A stretch of 64,000 nt of DNA from an uncultured bacterium (GTDB lineage Bacteria; Nitrospirota; JACRHL01): NCBI GenBank assembly GCA_965371175.1, contig CBDUXI010000003.1, forward strand, positions 20,493-84,492, given 5' to 3'. The notes below the pieces were generated by a model, which saw nothing but the letters and a program-made list of their open reading frames with translations, was not told the DNA's origin and made no database searches. Made by a program: the position numbers and the translations under genes. Shown here one piece after another: positions 28,312-39,687 of the stretch; within the stretch, counting starts at the first letter, position 1; each line of letters begins with the position of its first letter.

Positions 28312-30701
28312 CTGTCGTCGCCCGACAGGGGGCGGTACTGCAAGTAATAAAACATCTCCAGATAGCGCAGGGTTTCGCGCCGCTCCAGATCGGAAACAAA
28401 GCGCCAGTAGCCGTATACCTTCGATAAGGTCAGCAACCGCTCGGCATACAGATCCCAGGTGTAGCGGCTGTGGACCCGGTCCACCCCGGCTGTGGAAATT
28501 TCGTCCCAACGGGCGGGTTTTTTGCGGGTGTTGGCAAAAAAGTCGGCCAGTTGTTCCGCCACCTGTTGCGGGTGGTTGGGGTCGATGTGAAATCCGGAAA
28601 CACCGTCTTCGATGATCTCCAGCGGGCCGCCGTAGCAGGTGGCAAACGTGGGCAGGCCGGACACCATGGCCTCGATCACGGTCAGGCCAAACGCCTCAAA
28701 CAGGGCGGGCTGCACGAACGCCCCGCGCCGGTCGGCAATCAACCGGTACAACTCCCCCGCCTGGGGCTTGGAAAGGTGGACCGCCAGCCAGCGGGCATTT
28801 CCATCCAGATTGTGCTGGTCAAAAATTTCGTGCATGCGGGCGGCCTCGGCGGCCTCTTCTTCGTCGGCGCACGATTCGGGGGTGATATGGCCACCGATAA
28901 TGATCAGGTTGGCCTCGGCCCTGAGCGCCTCGTTTTTGGCGAACAGTTCGGCCAGCCCGGTCAGGTTTTTAATACGGTCCAGCCGCGCCATACTCAGGAT
29001 GATCGGCTTGTCCGGATCGAGCAGGCAGCCCCGGTGGGGAACGTCTGTTTTTTCGTCAAACAGCAGTGCGCGGATCTCCGGGTGCAGCCCGGTCAGGCGC
29101 TTGCCCGACTCGGTCCACGGATAGTAGGTATCGGTAGCCGCACCGGGAGAGACGATGTTGAACTTGGGATCGAACAGATCGATGCCGTTCACCACCCGGT
29201 ACAGCCCCGGCATGGTGAAGCTGGAATAGCTTTCGTACTGGCCCACCGTGTCTTCGGTCCCGGCAATCTCCTGATAGGTGCTGGTAATGATAAAATCGGC
29301 CATGTTCATGGCAATCAGGTCGGCGGTGAACTGGGTGGAAAAATGGTAGTGGTCGTCGTTGTTCTGCCAGTACAGATCGGACAGCACATACTTGGATTTT
29401 TCCAGCGCGTGGGCCACATTGCACTGGGTCACCTCCAGCCGGTGGGCGAGGATCGAGGCCACCATGTTGCCGTCGGAATAGTTGCCGATGACCAGGTCGG
29501 GCCGGTGGCCCATTTCGGCCAGCAGTTCCCGCTCCACCTCCACGGCAAACCGTTCCAGGTACGGCCATACGTTGAAGCGGCTGATCCACTGGGGCACCAC
29601 CTCGCCGCTCTTTTCCCGGAACGGCACCCGCAGAATATCGGTGTATTCGCAGCCGAGTATTCGCTCCAATCGTACGTTGCTGTTGGTGCCTTCGGCGTTG
29701 GGAATCAGGCGGGTGACGATCAGGATGCGGGGTTTCACGTCCACCCCCTGCTCCTCGAACCAGCGGCACATGTGGGTCTCCAGCGCCCGCACCTGATCGA
29801 GAATGTAGACTACCTGCCCACCGGTATCGGGCCGGCCCAGTACGCCGTCCTGACCGAACCAGCCGTGGGGGGAAATCACGGCAATCTGAAAGATCATCGG
29901 AATGCGCGATAAAAATCGTTCCAGTGAGGGGGCGTCCGGCGCTTCCAGCAGATCGACCAGCAAATCCAGGGTTTCCAGCACCCGTTTGGCCTTGCCGCCC
30001 CAACCGGGCTCAAAGCCCATGGCCTGCAGTTCCATGGCCAGTTGTTGCCACGGGGTCTCCGGTGGCTGTTTTTTTACATAGGCCACTGCATCACGCAGAT
30101 TGTCTTCCAGCACCGAAAGGTCGCTGATGCGGTCGTTGAGCATCAACGAACGACCGTCCACCTGGTGCAGTTTCAAAAAGTTCAGGAGTTGCTCCCCGGC
30201 CGCTTCCCGGTCGCGGAACATCTGGCTGGCCAGGTGCCGGTTTAAAAATTCCACGCCGCGCCCGATGCTCTTGGACTTGGTCATTTTGGGGAAGCCCCGG
30301 TTGAACGGGCCGATATCGATCTCGAGCACCCGGTCGTTGTAGGGGGCGTCGCCCTGAATGTTTTGTTCCTTGAGCTTCAGGTACGATTGCACATCAAGGG
30401 TTTCGGAGATCATTTCCTCCACGTATACCCGGATGTAGTGCCAACGGGCGATACGGGTGCGTACGGCAAAGCAGATCCAGTTGGGTCCGACCACCGCTTC
30501 CTGGATCTGGTGAAACCACTTGTCCAGTTGTGGGTCGGAGATGCATACGCCCGCCTCCGGGTGCGTGCTGCAAAAACCGTCGATGGCATCCAGCACGTCG
30601 CCACGGAGCAAAAAAGGGCGCTCCATCGCCACCAGATGCTGGAATAGCGGATATAAAATGTCCCGGCGCTGGGCCAGGGCGGACTCAAACTTGGCAGACA
30701 C
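28308..30701 (-). CDS. Sucrose synthase
   Basis: 797 aa. N-terminal SuS domain followed by a GT-B glycosyltransferase domain ([16 protein letters not shown]). Co-linear with plant and bacterial SuS. Confidence 0.9.
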   Translation of the reverse strand: MSAKFESALAQRRDILYPLFQHLVAMERPFLLRGDVLDAIDGFCSTHPEAGVCISDPQLDKWFHQIQEAVVGPNWICFAVRTRIARWHYIRVYVEEMISETLDVQSYLKLKEQNIQGDAPYNDRVLEIDIGPFNRGFPKMTKSKSIGRGVEFLNRHLASQMFRDREAAGEQLLNFLKLHQVDGRSLMLNDRISDLSVLEDNLRDAVAYVKKQPPETPWQQLAMELQAMGFEPGWGGKAKRVLETLDLLVDLLEAPDAPSLERFLSRIPMIFQIAVISPHGWFGQDGVLGRPDTGGQVVYILDQVRALETHMCRWFEEQGVDVKPRILIVTRLIPNAEGTNSNVRLERILGCEYTDILRVPFREKSGEVVPQWISRFNVWPYLERFAVEVERELLAEMGHRPDLVIGNYSDGNMVASILAHRLEVTQCNVAHALEKSKYVLSDLYWQNNDDHYHFSTQFTADLIAMNMADFIITSTYQEIAGTEDTVGQYESYSSFTMPGLYRVVNGIDLFDPKFNIVSPGAATDTYYPWTESGKRLTGLHPEIRALLFDEKTDVPHRGCLLDPDKPIILSMARLDRIKNLTGLAELFAKNEALRAEANLIIIGGHITPESCADEEEAAEAARMHEIFDQHNLDGNARWLAVHLSKPQAGELYRLIADRRGAFVQPALFEAFGLTVIEAMVSGLPTFATCYGGPLEIIEDGVSGFHIDPNHPQQVAEQLADFFANTRKKPARWDEISTAGVDRVHSRYTWDLYAERLLTLSKVYGYWRFVSDLERRETLRYLEMFYYLQYRPLSGDDS

Positions 30702-30725
30702 GGTATGTAGTAACTCCTTGTTTGG

Positions 30726-32900
30726 TTACTTTTCGGCAGATTGGGCCACCGGGTCCAGAAATCCGTAGTGAGAAATTCCTTCCAGGATGCCCCGGGCGTA
30801 GCTGTTGTCGGCGAAATAGATCCGTGGCTGCCCTTTCAGGACCGCAAGTTCCGGGCTGTAGTTGCCCACCACCACCCCCATGGTGTTGCCGCGCAACATT
30901 TCCTCATCGTTGCCGGAATCGCCTGCCACCAGCACCCGACTGACCGGAATTTCCCACTTGTCGGCCAGATACCGGATGGCTTTGCCTTTGCTTGCCCGTA
31001 CCGGCAGGATATCCAGATACCGGCCGTGGGAGAACACGGCGGTAAAGCGCAGCCCCGCCACCCGGAGGCGCTGGCGCACTTCCCTTTCAATCTCCTGGCC
31101 TTTTTCTTCGGAGGCGTCCTCGTCGACAAAGTAGCTCACCTTATACGGGCGTTGGCCCTCTTTGCCCTGCAAGCGCAGCCCCGGCATATCTTTCAGGGTG
31201 GCGACGACGCCGTCCCGGTCCCAGTTGTAGCGGATGTGGCTGGCCCACCCCTCGGCCGGATCCAGGTGGGGGCCTTCGTGGATTTCGGTGCCCACGCTGG
31301 TGATCAGAATGTCGGGTTGGGGAATGTTGTGTTCCTGCAGAACTTCCTGGGTCAATTCCACGGAGCGTCCCGTGGCCACCACAAACCCCAGCTTGTCGCG
31401 CTCCCGTTTGATTACGCCGAGAAGCCTTGCCAATGCCTCGCCATCACCCACCAGGGTGTTGTCGATATCACACACCAGCAGCCGGTCCAGTTGCAGCAGC
31501 CGCCCCCGGTGAGCTTCCGACCTTTTTCTGGGCAGCCCCTTCGGACGCAGCCTCTTGATCATGGATTCGACCTCCTTTACATAGCGTTTCACGTGGGCGT
31601 CCCAGGTGTAGTGGCGGCGCACGCCAGAGCGGCCCGCGTCGGAAAACCGGCGCCACTGGGCGCGGTCGGCGAGCATATTTTCAATCTTTTTTGCGATATC
31701 CGCCGGATCCAGGGCGTCCACCAGAAAACCGTTTTTACAGTTGGCGATGATGTCCTGCGGGCCGCCGTCGTTGGTGGCCACGATGGGCAGGCCGGAGGCG
31801 GCGGATTCGATCAGGGTGAGCCCGAACGGTTCGGTGAGTGCGGCGTTGACGAACACGCCCCGGCGTCGTACCGCCAGCCGGTACAGGTCGGGCACGTCAT
31901 CTGTCGTGTGATGCTTGGGCATGGCCACCGTGCCGTACAGGTCGAACTTGTCGATATCGAGCATCAACTGGGTCAGCTCTTTTCTGGACGAATCGTCCAG
32001 GTTCCGTACGTCGTCCCGGTTTCCGGCCACGATCACCAGATTGGCGGTATCCCGCAAACGATTGGACCGGGCAAACGCCTGCACCAGGCGGCGCAGGTTC
32101 TTGCGCGGATCGGGCCGGGCAAGGGCCAGCACCATGGGCCGTCTGGGATGGGCCAGAAAACGGTCCACCTGCCACTGGATGGGGGGGCGTTTCCAGCTGC
32201 GGGTGGGGGGTGTAAACCGGCTGGTATCGGTGCCCGGCGGAATCACCACCAAACGCGTGTCGTAGGCGTTCAGGTACTGGCCCCACTGGGTTTTGGCTTC
32301 CTGCCGGGTGGAGCAGATGACCGTATCTGCATGCTCGAATACCCGTGCCTCGGTGGCGATGCGCTGCTTGAGCCGGTATTGTCGCTCAATGCGTTCGGCC
32401 GATTCGCCGGAAGCCAGCAGCCGTTCCCGTTTGGTGCGGCCCAGAGAGTGGCCGGTGTGAAACTGGGGGATGCCCAGAAAGCGGGACAGTTCACGGCCCA
32501 CATACCCGGCGTCGGCATAGTGACTGTGAAACAGGTGCGGGGTGTGCCGCTGACGGCGCAAAAAGCTTACGGTACGGTCGGCAAACTCATCCAGATATGG
32601 CCACAGCATCTCTTTTTTGATGTACCGGTTTGGCCCGCACTGGATGCGTACGATGCGCGCTCCGTCCGCACCCAGCGGTTCAATGGGTACGGCGTAGTCG
32701 TCACTGACCCCTTCATCGATCACCAGCCGGGTGAACAGATCCACCTGGGCCACCTTGGGGTGGCGGGCGAGAAACCGGGCCATCTCCAGCAGATAGGTGG
32801 TTTGCCCACCGGTATCCGGGTCACGGCCCAGTTCCGGCTCTTCGGCACGGATCAGCCCGTGGATGGAGAGCAGGGCGATATACAGGCCGTGATCGGTCAT
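30726..32900 (-). CDS. Sucrose-phosphate synthase with a fused C-terminal sucrose-phosphatase-like (HAD) domain
   Basis: N-terminal GT-B domain (DTGGQTTYLLE). The C-terminal domain has an LLVCDIDNTL HAD motif I. Confidence 0.85.
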   Translation of the reverse strand: MTDHGLYIALLSIHGLIRAEEPELGRDPDTGGQTTYLLEMARFLARHPKVAQVDLFTRLVIDEGVSDDYAVPIEPLGADGARIVRIQCGPNRYIKKEMLWPYLDEFADRTVSFLRRQRHTPHLFHSHYADAGYVGRELSRFLGIPQFHTGHSLGRTKRERLLASGESAERIERQYRLKQRIATEARVFEHADTVICSTRQEAKTQWGQYLNAYDTRLVVIPPGTDTSRFTPPTRSWKRPPIQWQVDRFLAHPRRPMVLALARPDPRKNLRRLVQAFARSNRLRDTANLVIVAGNRDDVRNLDDSSRKELTQLMLDIDKFDLYGTVAMPKHHTTDDVPDLYRLAVRRRGVFVNAALTEPFGLTLIESAASGLPIVATNDGGPQDIIANCKNGFLVDALDPADIAKKIENMLADRAQWRRFSDAGRSGVRRHYTWDAHVKRYVKEVESMIKRLRPKGLPRKRSEAHRGRLLQLDRLLVCDIDNTLVGDGEALARLLGVIKRERDKLGFVVATGRSVELTQEVLQEHNIPQPDILITSVGTEIHEGPHLDPAEGWASHIRYNWDRDGVVATLKDMPGLRLQGKEGQRPYKVSYFVDEDASEEKGQEIEREVRQRLRVAGLRFTAVFSHGRYLDILPVRASKGKAIRYLADKWEIPVSRVLVAGDSGNDEEMLRGNTMGVVVGNYSPELAVLKGQPRIYFADNSYARGILEGISHYGFLDPVAQSAEK

Positions 32901-33853
32901 ATGCGGCTTGTTTCGGGGGCATCCCTGCCCGCTTCCCAGGCGGCGGTAAACGGCGTGTAAAAACCGGGATCATCCGGGCAGGCGCCCCGCTGCCCACAGA
33001 TGGCCGCAGCAAAGTGTGCCGCACGGGGCAGGGTGGTCTGTGGCGGCCAGCCGGACAGCAACCCGAAGATCAGCACGGCGGCAAAGCCGTCTCCCGCGCC
33101 CACCGTATCGACGAGGTTCACTGGTGGGGCAGGCACATGGGTGGATCCGTTTTCGGCATGCCAGGTGGCCCCGTTTTCGGCGGCGGTGATGCACAGGCCG
33201 TCCAGGTCAAAGCGTGTCAGCCATGCGGCCGGATCGGCTTTTTTCCCGGCAAAAAAGAGACCGGTCAGAATGCCAAACTCTTCGTCGTTGAGCTTGGCCA
33301 CGGTGGCGGCGGACAGAGCGGCGAGGGCGGTGTCCTGTGTCCAGCAGCTGTCCCTTAAATTGATGTCCAGAAAACGCACGCCGTCAGTGGCTTCTGCCGC
33401 GCTCAAGATGGCCTTTCGGCTTTCCGGAGCACGCAGGGCGAGAGAGCCGAAATAGGCGAGTTCAGCAGGAAAACCACTTAATTTTGCGTTCAGGGCGGTG
33501 GCGTCGATGTGGTCGTAGGCCTGTTCCGGCAGGATGCGAAACGTGTGGCCGCCTGCGCCGTCCAGGGTAATTTGCACCTGCCCGGTGGGGCGGTCGGCAT
33601 CTTCCTGGAGCCAGCCGGTTTCCATGCCGTGTCCGGTCATGGCGGTGCGGACCTGCTCTCCCAGGTCATCTTTTCCCACCCGGCTGACAAACCGGGGCGC
33701 AAGGCCAAGTCCCCTCAAGTGCCACGCCACGTTAAACGGAGCACCGCCCAGATGCGCCCCGTCCGGAAAGCAGTCGAACAGAACCTCTCCCATTATGAGG
33801 ACGCGCCATGCATTGGCCTGATGCTGACCTTGGGATGGAGATGAGTCTCGCAT
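32897..33853 (-). CDS. Fructokinase (PfkB-family carbohydrate kinase)
   Basis: MGEVLFDCFPD...GGAPFNVA and a C-terminal DTVGAGDGF ribokinase-family signature. Probable start at 33790. Confidence 0.8.
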   Translation of the reverse strand: MRDSSPSQGQHQANAWRVLIMGEVLFDCFPDGAHLGGAPFNVAWHLRGLGLAPRFVSRVGKDDLGEQVRTAMTGHGMETGWLQEDADRPTGQVQITLDGAGGHTFRILPEQAYDHIDATALNAKLSGFPAELAYFGSLALRAPESRKAILSAAEATDGVRFLDINLRDSCWTQDTALAALSAATVAKLNDEEFGILTGLFFAGKKADPAAWLTRFDLDGLCITAAENGATWHAENGSTHVPAPPVNLVDTVGAGDGFAAVLIFGLLSGWPPQTTLPRAAHFAAAICGQRGACPDDPGFYTPFTAAWEAGRDAPETSRI

Positions 33854-33922
33854 GTGACTGTTTATACTAAACTAATCGTTGGTGGTTTTCATTTTTTGCC
33901 GGGCAGGCAGGCAGTTTGGGGG

Positions 33923-34906
33923 CTATTCTCCTGTTTTTTCAGGGATGAAAATGCGCTCGACGTTGGCCATTATGGTGTCATCCAGCCGTTCTGACAGGGC
34001 GATTGCCCCCATATTTTCTGCCACCTGCCCGGAACTTGTGGCACCGGTAATGACGCTGCTTATCCGCCTGTTTGTCAGGCACCAGGCAATGGCCAGACAT
34101 GCAGGGGTGGTTTGCAGCTGCGCGGCCATATTGGCCAGCTGATCCACCTGCCGCAGCCGTTCCGGTCCCTGATCGCCGCCGATGTGCTGACGTACCCATG
34201 CTTGCCCGCGAAACTCGGCGCGGGAGCCTTTTGGTACGGCTCCCCCCCGGTACTTGCCGGACAGCACCCCGCCGTACAGGGGCGAAAAAGTGGTCAGGCC
34301 CAGGCCGAATTCGTCGCACAGGGGCGCAAGCTGGGTGTCCACCTGTTCCGTCTCCAGCAGGCTGTACGGGGGCTGCTCTGCGGAAGGCGGGGTCAGATGG
34401 TGACGATCTGCTATTTCATACGCCTCCCGCACCCGCTCCGGCGGCCAGAATGAGGTGCCCCAGTAGAGCACCCTGCCCTGCCGGATCAGCACGTCCATGG
34501 CGCGTACGGTTTCTTCTACCGGGGTGTGGAGATCGGGCCGGTGACAAAACAGGATGTCTACATAGTCTACCCCCAGCCGCGAAAGGGAGCCAGACAGCCC
34601 GTCCATGATGTGCTTTCTGGACAGCCCGCGCTGATTGGGCAGATCGCCGCCGTAGAACACCTTGGTGGAGAGCACCAGCGTGTCGCGCCGCCAGCCGTTT
34701 TTTTTGAGGGTGCGCCCGAGGATGCGCTCGGCCTCGCCGTCGGCATACCCTTCGCCGGTGTCGAACAGGTTCACTCCGGCGTCGTAGGCTGCGGTCAGAC
34801 AGGCTGTGGCCACATCCTCCCCCACCTGTTTGCCAAAAGTGGTCCACGATCCCAGCGACAGGGCGGAAACCAGCAGGCCTGATTTTCCTAAACGACGATA
34901 CTCCAC
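33923..34906 (-). CDS. Aldo/keto reductase (Kv-beta-like family)
   Basis: MEYRRLGKSGLLVSALSLGSW...DTGEGYADGEAE. Full AKR fold at 327 aa. Confidence 0.85.
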   Translation of the reverse strand: MEYRRLGKSGLLVSALSLGSWTTFGKQVGEDVATACLTAAYDAGVNLFDTGEGYADGEAERILGRTLKKNGWRRDTLVLSTKVFYGGDLPNQRGLSRKHIMDGLSGSLSRLGVDYVDILFCHRPDLHTPVEETVRAMDVLIRQGRVLYWGTSFWPPERVREAYEIADRHHLTPPSAEQPPYSLLETEQVDTQLAPLCDEFGLGLTTFSPLYGGVLSGKYRGGAVPKGSRAEFRGQAWVRQHIGGDQGPERLRQVDQLANMAAQLQTTPACLAIAWCLTNRRISSVITGATSSGQVAENMGAIALSERLDDTIMANVERIFIPEKTGE

Positions 34907-35175
34907 GGGGACCTAAAAAAATTGTGCAAAGGAGAAATACATCCCCAGTGCGGTGCCGAAGGTGACCAGCAGTTTGGCCCAGATGGGCAGGGACAGCAGC
35001 CAGTCCAGAAAAGAGGGTTGTGTACTCATGGGTCGATGGTAGGGGGCCGGGCGGAAGGGGTCAAGGGGTGGGCCCTGGCGGAGTCGCCCGCCGTTTGGCC
35101 TGTTCGCTCGGCCCGTTCGATCGGATTGTGCGGAAAATAAAAAAGAGCCAGCCTGTAAGACCCGCCCTTTTAAAA

Positions 35176-35252
35176 TGGTAGCGGCGCAGGGATTCGAACC
35201 CCGGACACGCGGATTATGATTCCGCTGCTCTAACCAACTGAGCTACGCCGCC
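35176..35252 (-). tRNA. tRNA-Met (anticodon CAT; elongator-like, or possibly Ile-lysidine type)
   Basis: The reverse complement folds as a cloverleaf: GGCGGCGTAGCTCAGTTGGTTAGAGCAGCGGAATCATAATCCGCGTGTCCGGGGTTCGAATCCCTGCGCCGCTACCA. It has a 7/7 acceptor stem, a CAT anticodon in a 7-nt loop, TTCGAATCC in the T-arm, and an encoded CCA. Confidence 0.85.
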
Positions 35253-35314
35253 AAAGAAGAGGCCAGAATGTACCGCACGCCCCCCCTCTTCGTCAATGAA
35301 ACAGGGGGGCGGGG

Positions 35315-36370
35315 TTACGCCGAAGTGACCATCTTAAACGGCGTGTCCGCAGCGGTTTGGGCGGGCGCTTCCGGCGTATCGCAGATGGCCGAGGTGAAGC
35401 CTAAATCGTCAATCATCTGCCTGTCTTCCTGTGCGCTACGGCCTGCGGTGGTGAGGTAATTGCCCACCATGCAGGCATTTGCTCCCGCATGGAACGCCCA
35501 GCTTTGCAACTCGCGCATGTTGGCCTCCCGGCCCCCGGCCAGCATCAGGTTGGCGATGGGCAGCAGCATGCGGTAGACGGCGATGGTTTTGATGCACTCC
35601 ATGGCGGACAGCGGTTGCATGTTTTCCAGCGGCGTGCCGGCGATGGGGTTTAAAAAGTTCATGGGCAGCACGTCGGTGCCCACGTCGCGCAGGCTCAGGG
35701 CCAGCTCCACCCGCTGTTCGGGCGATTCGCCCATGCCAAAAATACCGCCGGAGCAGATGCGAATCCCGGCTTCTTTTAACCGGTTGATGGTATCTAGCCG
35801 GTCGGCAAAGGTGTGGGTGGAGCAGATGTTGCCAAAATGGCTGGGGGCGGTTTCCAGGTTGTGGTTATAGGTGCGGACCCCGGCTTCCTTAAGGCGCACG
35901 GCAATCTCGGTGCTGGGCACATGCCCCAAAGAGCCGTCGATATGGCCTTTGCCTTTGGCGGTCAGCTCTTCGATGCGGGCGATCAGGGCATCCAGTTCCG
36001 GTCCATTTTGGAGCCCTTTCCAGGCGGCGACGATGCCGAACGCCTCGGCCCCGGCATCGAATGCGGCATCTGCCGCTTCGCCAATGGCGTCTGCGTCCAT
36101 CAGCGGGTAGCTTTCCGCCGCCGCGCTATGGTGGGCCGACTGGGCGCAGAAGGCGCAGTCCTCGGCGCAACTGCCGCTCTTGGCGTTGACGATGGCGCAG
36201 GTGTCGATGCGGGTGCCCTTAAACTGCAACCGCACCCGGTTGGCGGCGCCGATCAGGTCCATCAGGTCGGCGGAGGCGGTGTCGATGCCGATCAGGCGGC
36301 AGCCGTCCTCGTAGCTTAAAAGCTCCCCGGCCAGTACCCGCGCTTCAAATGTCCGGATGGTGTCCCGCAT
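35315..36370 (-). CDS. bioB: Biotin synthase (radical SAM)
   Basis: CAEDCAFC radical-SAM cluster motif and the BioB fold (NHNLETAP, GGIFGMGE). Confidence 0.85.
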   Translation of the reverse strand: MRDTIRTFEARVLAGELLSYEDGCRLIGIDTASADLMDLIGAANRVRLQFKGTRIDTCAIVNAKSGSCAEDCAFCAQSAHHSAAAESYPLMDADAIGEAADAAFDAGAEAFGIVAAWKGLQNGPELDALIARIEELTAKGKGHIDGSLGHVPSTEIAVRLKEAGVRTYNHNLETAPSHFGNICSTHTFADRLDTINRLKEAGIRICSGGIFGMGESPEQRVELALSLRDVGTDVLPMNFLNPIAGTPLENMQPLSAMECIKTIAVYRMLLPIANLMLAGGREANMRELQSWAFHAGANACMVGNYLTTAGRSAQEDRQMIDDLGFTSAICDTPEAPAQTAADTPFKMVTSA

Positions 36371-36473
36371 GGCAATCCCTTTTATATAAAGCCTGTTTCA
36401 GGCAGGTTTTGCAGTGTATCAGTGGCACAGGTCATGATCAACCTGTGCGGGCGGGCAGGTTAACCATGCATTT

Positions 36474-37349
36474 TTATGCGCCGGAAAAATTCATCCGCCG
36501 GTAGCGAGCCAGCAGGTGCGGGTAGTGCCGTTTAAGCATGGCGGCAAACACCGGCCACGCCGCCCGCCGTAGCGATATCCGGTGGCGGACGACAAATTTT
36601 GCTCCGGCCCGGCGGGCAGCGTGATCCAGCCTTGCCAATTCTTTTTTACCATCGTTGATGCCGGGCAGGATGGGCATGCAGAACAGCCCCACCGGCACCC
36701 CCCGGCGGGACAGTTCCCGCACCGCATCCAGCCGCGCTTTGGGGGTGGCGGCCTTGGGTTCCAGCTTGCGGATCAGGGCGGTATCCAAAGAGATAAGGCT
36801 CATGTGTACGGTCAGATCGGAGCGCCGGGCGATGGTCGCCAGCAGTTCGGCATCATCCACAATAAGGGGGCTTTTGGTGGTCAGGGTGAGGGTGAGCCCG
36901 GAAAAAGCGGCCAGCTTTTCCAGAATGCGCCGGGTCAGCCGGTAGCGCCGTTCTGCCGGTTGATACGGATCGGTCACCGTGCCGATGGCAATTTCCTCGC
37001 CTGCAAAGTGACAGGCTTTTAAATTTTTGACCACCCGCCGTTCCGCCCCCAGCTTGACGTAGATTTCCCGCTCAAACAGATACGGATCGTCCTGGCCTAA
37101 AAAGGCGTGGGTGTAGCGGGCGTAGCAGTAGGTGCAGCCGATTTCGCAGCCCCGGTACGGGTTGATGGTCCAGCCAAACGGCAGCCCCTTCTTTTTTGCG
37201 CCGGGGGACTGACCGATGATCTGGCGGCAGGTGATTTCCTGGTAGTTCACCTGTGGCCCGTGGGCGGCCAGGATTTCCCCCACGGGGATCGACCCGCCTT
37301 CCGGGCGGCGGGGCAGGTTGGCAAGTAGCGGCAGGTTGTTCACAAACAT
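36474..37349 (-). CDS. Radical-SAM protein, SplB/'DNA repair photolyase'-like family (COG1533)
   Basis: CEIGCTYCYAR CxxxCxxC motif. The frame is open to 37493, but the plausible start is MFVNN at 37349. Confidence 0.65.
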   Translation of the reverse strand: MFVNNLPLLANLPRRPEGGSIPVGEILAAHGPQVNYQEITCRQIIGQSPGAKKKGLPFGWTINPYRGCEIGCTYCYARYTHAFLGQDDPYLFEREIYVKLGAERRVVKNLKACHFAGEEIAIGTVTDPYQPAERRYRLTRRILEKLAAFSGLTLTLTTKSPLIVDDAELLATIARRSDLTVHMSLISLDTALIRKLEPKAATPKARLDAVRELSRRGVPVGLFCMPILPGINDGKKELARLDHAARRAGAKFVVRHRISLRRAAWPVFAAMLKRHYPHLLARYRRMNFSGA

Positions 37350-37424
37350 ATGTTTGTATTTGGCGCGCCGCCAAGTCAAGGGGAATACTGGTGTAGCCTG
37401 TGTGCCCGGCCCTATAATCGATTC

Positions 37425-38496
37425 CATGAATACGTTAGCCATTGCGTCCGTCCACAAACAGGCGGGGGCGAATTTTATCGAGATGGACGGCACTCAGGTC
37501 GTCGCCGGATACGGCGACGAATCCGCTGTGGACGCCCAGCGCCGGATCAAAAAAGCAGGCGGTTTGATCGACCGCAGCTACCGGGGCAAATTGCGGGTGG
37601 AAGGGCCGGACGCCGAGGCGCTTATTCAGAGCCTGTCTGCCGCCGATGTGGCCAGGCAGGCGGTGGGCACGGTGCAGCCCAATGCCATCTGCACCGGCCA
37701 CGGAAAGGCCCAGAGCCTCTTTGACGGCTATCGTTTTGACGATTATTTTTTGCTGGATCTGGACCCGGTGCTCACCGGCTCCACCCACGCCTTTCTGGAC
37801 AAATACACCATTATTCGGGATGCGGCCACCGCCGACGTGAGTGCCGATTTTGGCCACGTGGGGCTGTACGGGCCGGAAGCACAAAAGGTGCTGGCCACGG
37901 CATTGGGGATCGAAACTGCTGATTTGCCCGCTCCGGCGGGAAAATTTACCTGCCCGGACAGCGCGGTGATCGCCGCCACGGATGAGTTTGGCGTGGCGGG
38001 TTTTGAGGTGATCGTGCCGGTGGCGGATTTTTCCCCCCTGTGGGAAAAGCTGGTACAGGCCGGAGCGCCGTTGGGGGTGACGCCGTTCGGGTTTGATGCG
38101 CTGGAGGCGTTTCGCATCGCCCATGGGCGTGCCCGCTACGGGGTGGAGGTGGATGAGGAGGTGTTGCTACTGGAGGCCGGGTTTGCCGATTCCGTGGCGT
38201 TCGACAAAGGCTGCTATATCGGCCAGGAAACGTTGTCGCGCATCGTCTTTCGCGGGCAGTTGAACCGCAAGCTGTGTGGTCTGGTGATCGACGGCCCGGT
38301 GCCGGATGCAGGGGCCGTCGTCAACTACGACGGGGCAGAGGTGGGCCTGGTCAAAAGCGCAGCCGAAACCCCGGATGGGGTGGTGGCGCTGGCCTCCCTG
38401 AAACGTGCCTGCTGGGAGCCGGGCACCGTCGTTGCCGTGGGGGAGGCTACCGCTACCGTGGCCGATCTACCCGCACTGACAACCGCCAGCGCGTAA
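37425..38496 (+). CDS. ygfZ: Folate-binding aminomethyltransferase-like protein (YgfZ / GcvT-family)
   Basis: GCV_T-like N-terminal domain. The C-terminal motif KGCYIGQE is diagnostic of the YgfZ family. Confidence 0.7.
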
Positions 38497-38498
38497 AT

Positions 38499-39674
38499 TT
38501 AGCCGGGTAGCGGCACATCTGTGCACAGGGCGGCAAGTGCTGTGCCCGCCGCCAACGCTTCCCGCCCTTTGGGCAGCACCACAAACCCGTTCGCCACGCT
38601 TGGTACCACGGTGGCCCGCAGGCCGTCCGGGGTGACCCGTAGTTCGGCGTTGGCCAGCAGCGGCATGGGCCGGTGTTCGTCGTGGGGGGCGGCAAGCTCT
38701 GCGGTAAACCAGGCGGGTTCCCAGTCGGTTTTTCCGGCCAGACGATGAACCAGCGGTGTCACCAAAAGCGCGCACAAAGACGGCAACCCGCCCGGCATAC
38801 CGGGCAGCGACAGCAGGATTTGATTTTTATTGATCCCCAGCCGCAGGCTTTGCCCCGGCCTTGCATTCAGGCCGTCTAAAATTAGCTTAAAACCGGCCTG
38901 TTCGATGGCCTTTCCGGTCACGTCCCGCACCCCCCTGGCGGTGCCCCCAGTGGTGAGGATCAACGGTGCATCGGTGGACAAAATGGCTGTTGCGATGGCC
39001 TCCGCCTCGTCCGGCGCGGGGGGCAGAACAAGCGCCACGCCCCCGGCTTTTTGTACGGCCATGGCCAGCCGCACGGCGTTGCCGTTTACCGTGTCGCCCG
39101 CATCCGTCAGTTCGCTACCGGTCGCCAGAATCGCCACCTGCGGGCGGGTGTATACCTCGATCCGGGTCTCTCCCAGATCGGCCAGCCAGCCCGCCTGATG
39201 GGCGCGGACGGGCGCGCCTTGCCGGATCAGTTCTTTCCCCTTTGCAATCTGTCCCCCGGTCGGAATGGCCGGGACGTTCATGGCCTGAATCACCCGCACC
39301 TGATCGCCGGCAGGTTCGGCCTGGCCCCCGGCAGGTTCCGTATGTTCCACCGGCACCACCCCGGCACATCCCGCAGGCAGCGGGCCACCGGTGGCCACCC
39401 GTACGGCCTCATTTTTTTTGGGGGCTGGGGGCGGGGCATCTCCCGGCAGGCTGGTGGCGGTAACCAGATAGGTTGCCCCGTCCTGCAGACCGGTATTGGC
39501 CAGCCCGTCCACCCGGGCCGTCACGTGGGGCGGCAGCGATTTTTTGGCGGTTACGGTCTGTGCAGCCACCCGCTCCGCCGCCGCTAAAATATCGATCGTT
39601 TCTTTTTTTGGCGTGGGGGCCGGCAGGCGTTCACCGGCAACGGGGGACAGGTCGGCCAGCGGCAGTTTTTCCAT
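38499..39674 (-). CDS. moeA: Molybdopterin molybdenumtransferase
   Basis: MoeA N-terminal, MoCF-biosynthesis (ILATGSEL...GGTARG) and C-terminal domains. Frame open to 39761; likely start MEKLPL at 39674. Confidence 0.8.
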   Translation of the reverse strand: MEKLPLADLSPVAGERLPAPTPKKETIDILAAAERVAAQTVTAKKSLPPHVTARVDGLANTGLQDGATYLVTATSLPGDAPPPAPKKNEAVRVATGGPLPAGCAGVVPVEHTEPAGGQAEPAGDQVRVIQAMNVPAIPTGGQIAKGKELIRQGAPVRAHQAGWLADLGETRIEVYTRPQVAILATGSELTDAGDTVNGNAVRLAMAVQKAGGVALVLPPAPDEAEAIATAILSTDAPLILTTGGTARGVRDVTGKAIEQAGFKLILDGLNARPGQSLRLGINKNQILLSLPGMPGGLPSLCALLVTPLVHRLAGKTDWEPAWFTAELAAPHDEHRPMPLLANAELRVTPDGLRATVVPSVANGFVVLPKGREALAAGTALAALCTDVPLPG

Positions 39675-39687
39675 CACGCCCGGCCCG

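Noticed and set aside
30741-32960. 739-aa ORF antisense to the sucrose-phosphate synthase gene
   Set aside because: Mirror-frame ORF inside a clearly homologous GT-B/HAD gene. Compositionally biased (Gly/Val/His-rich).
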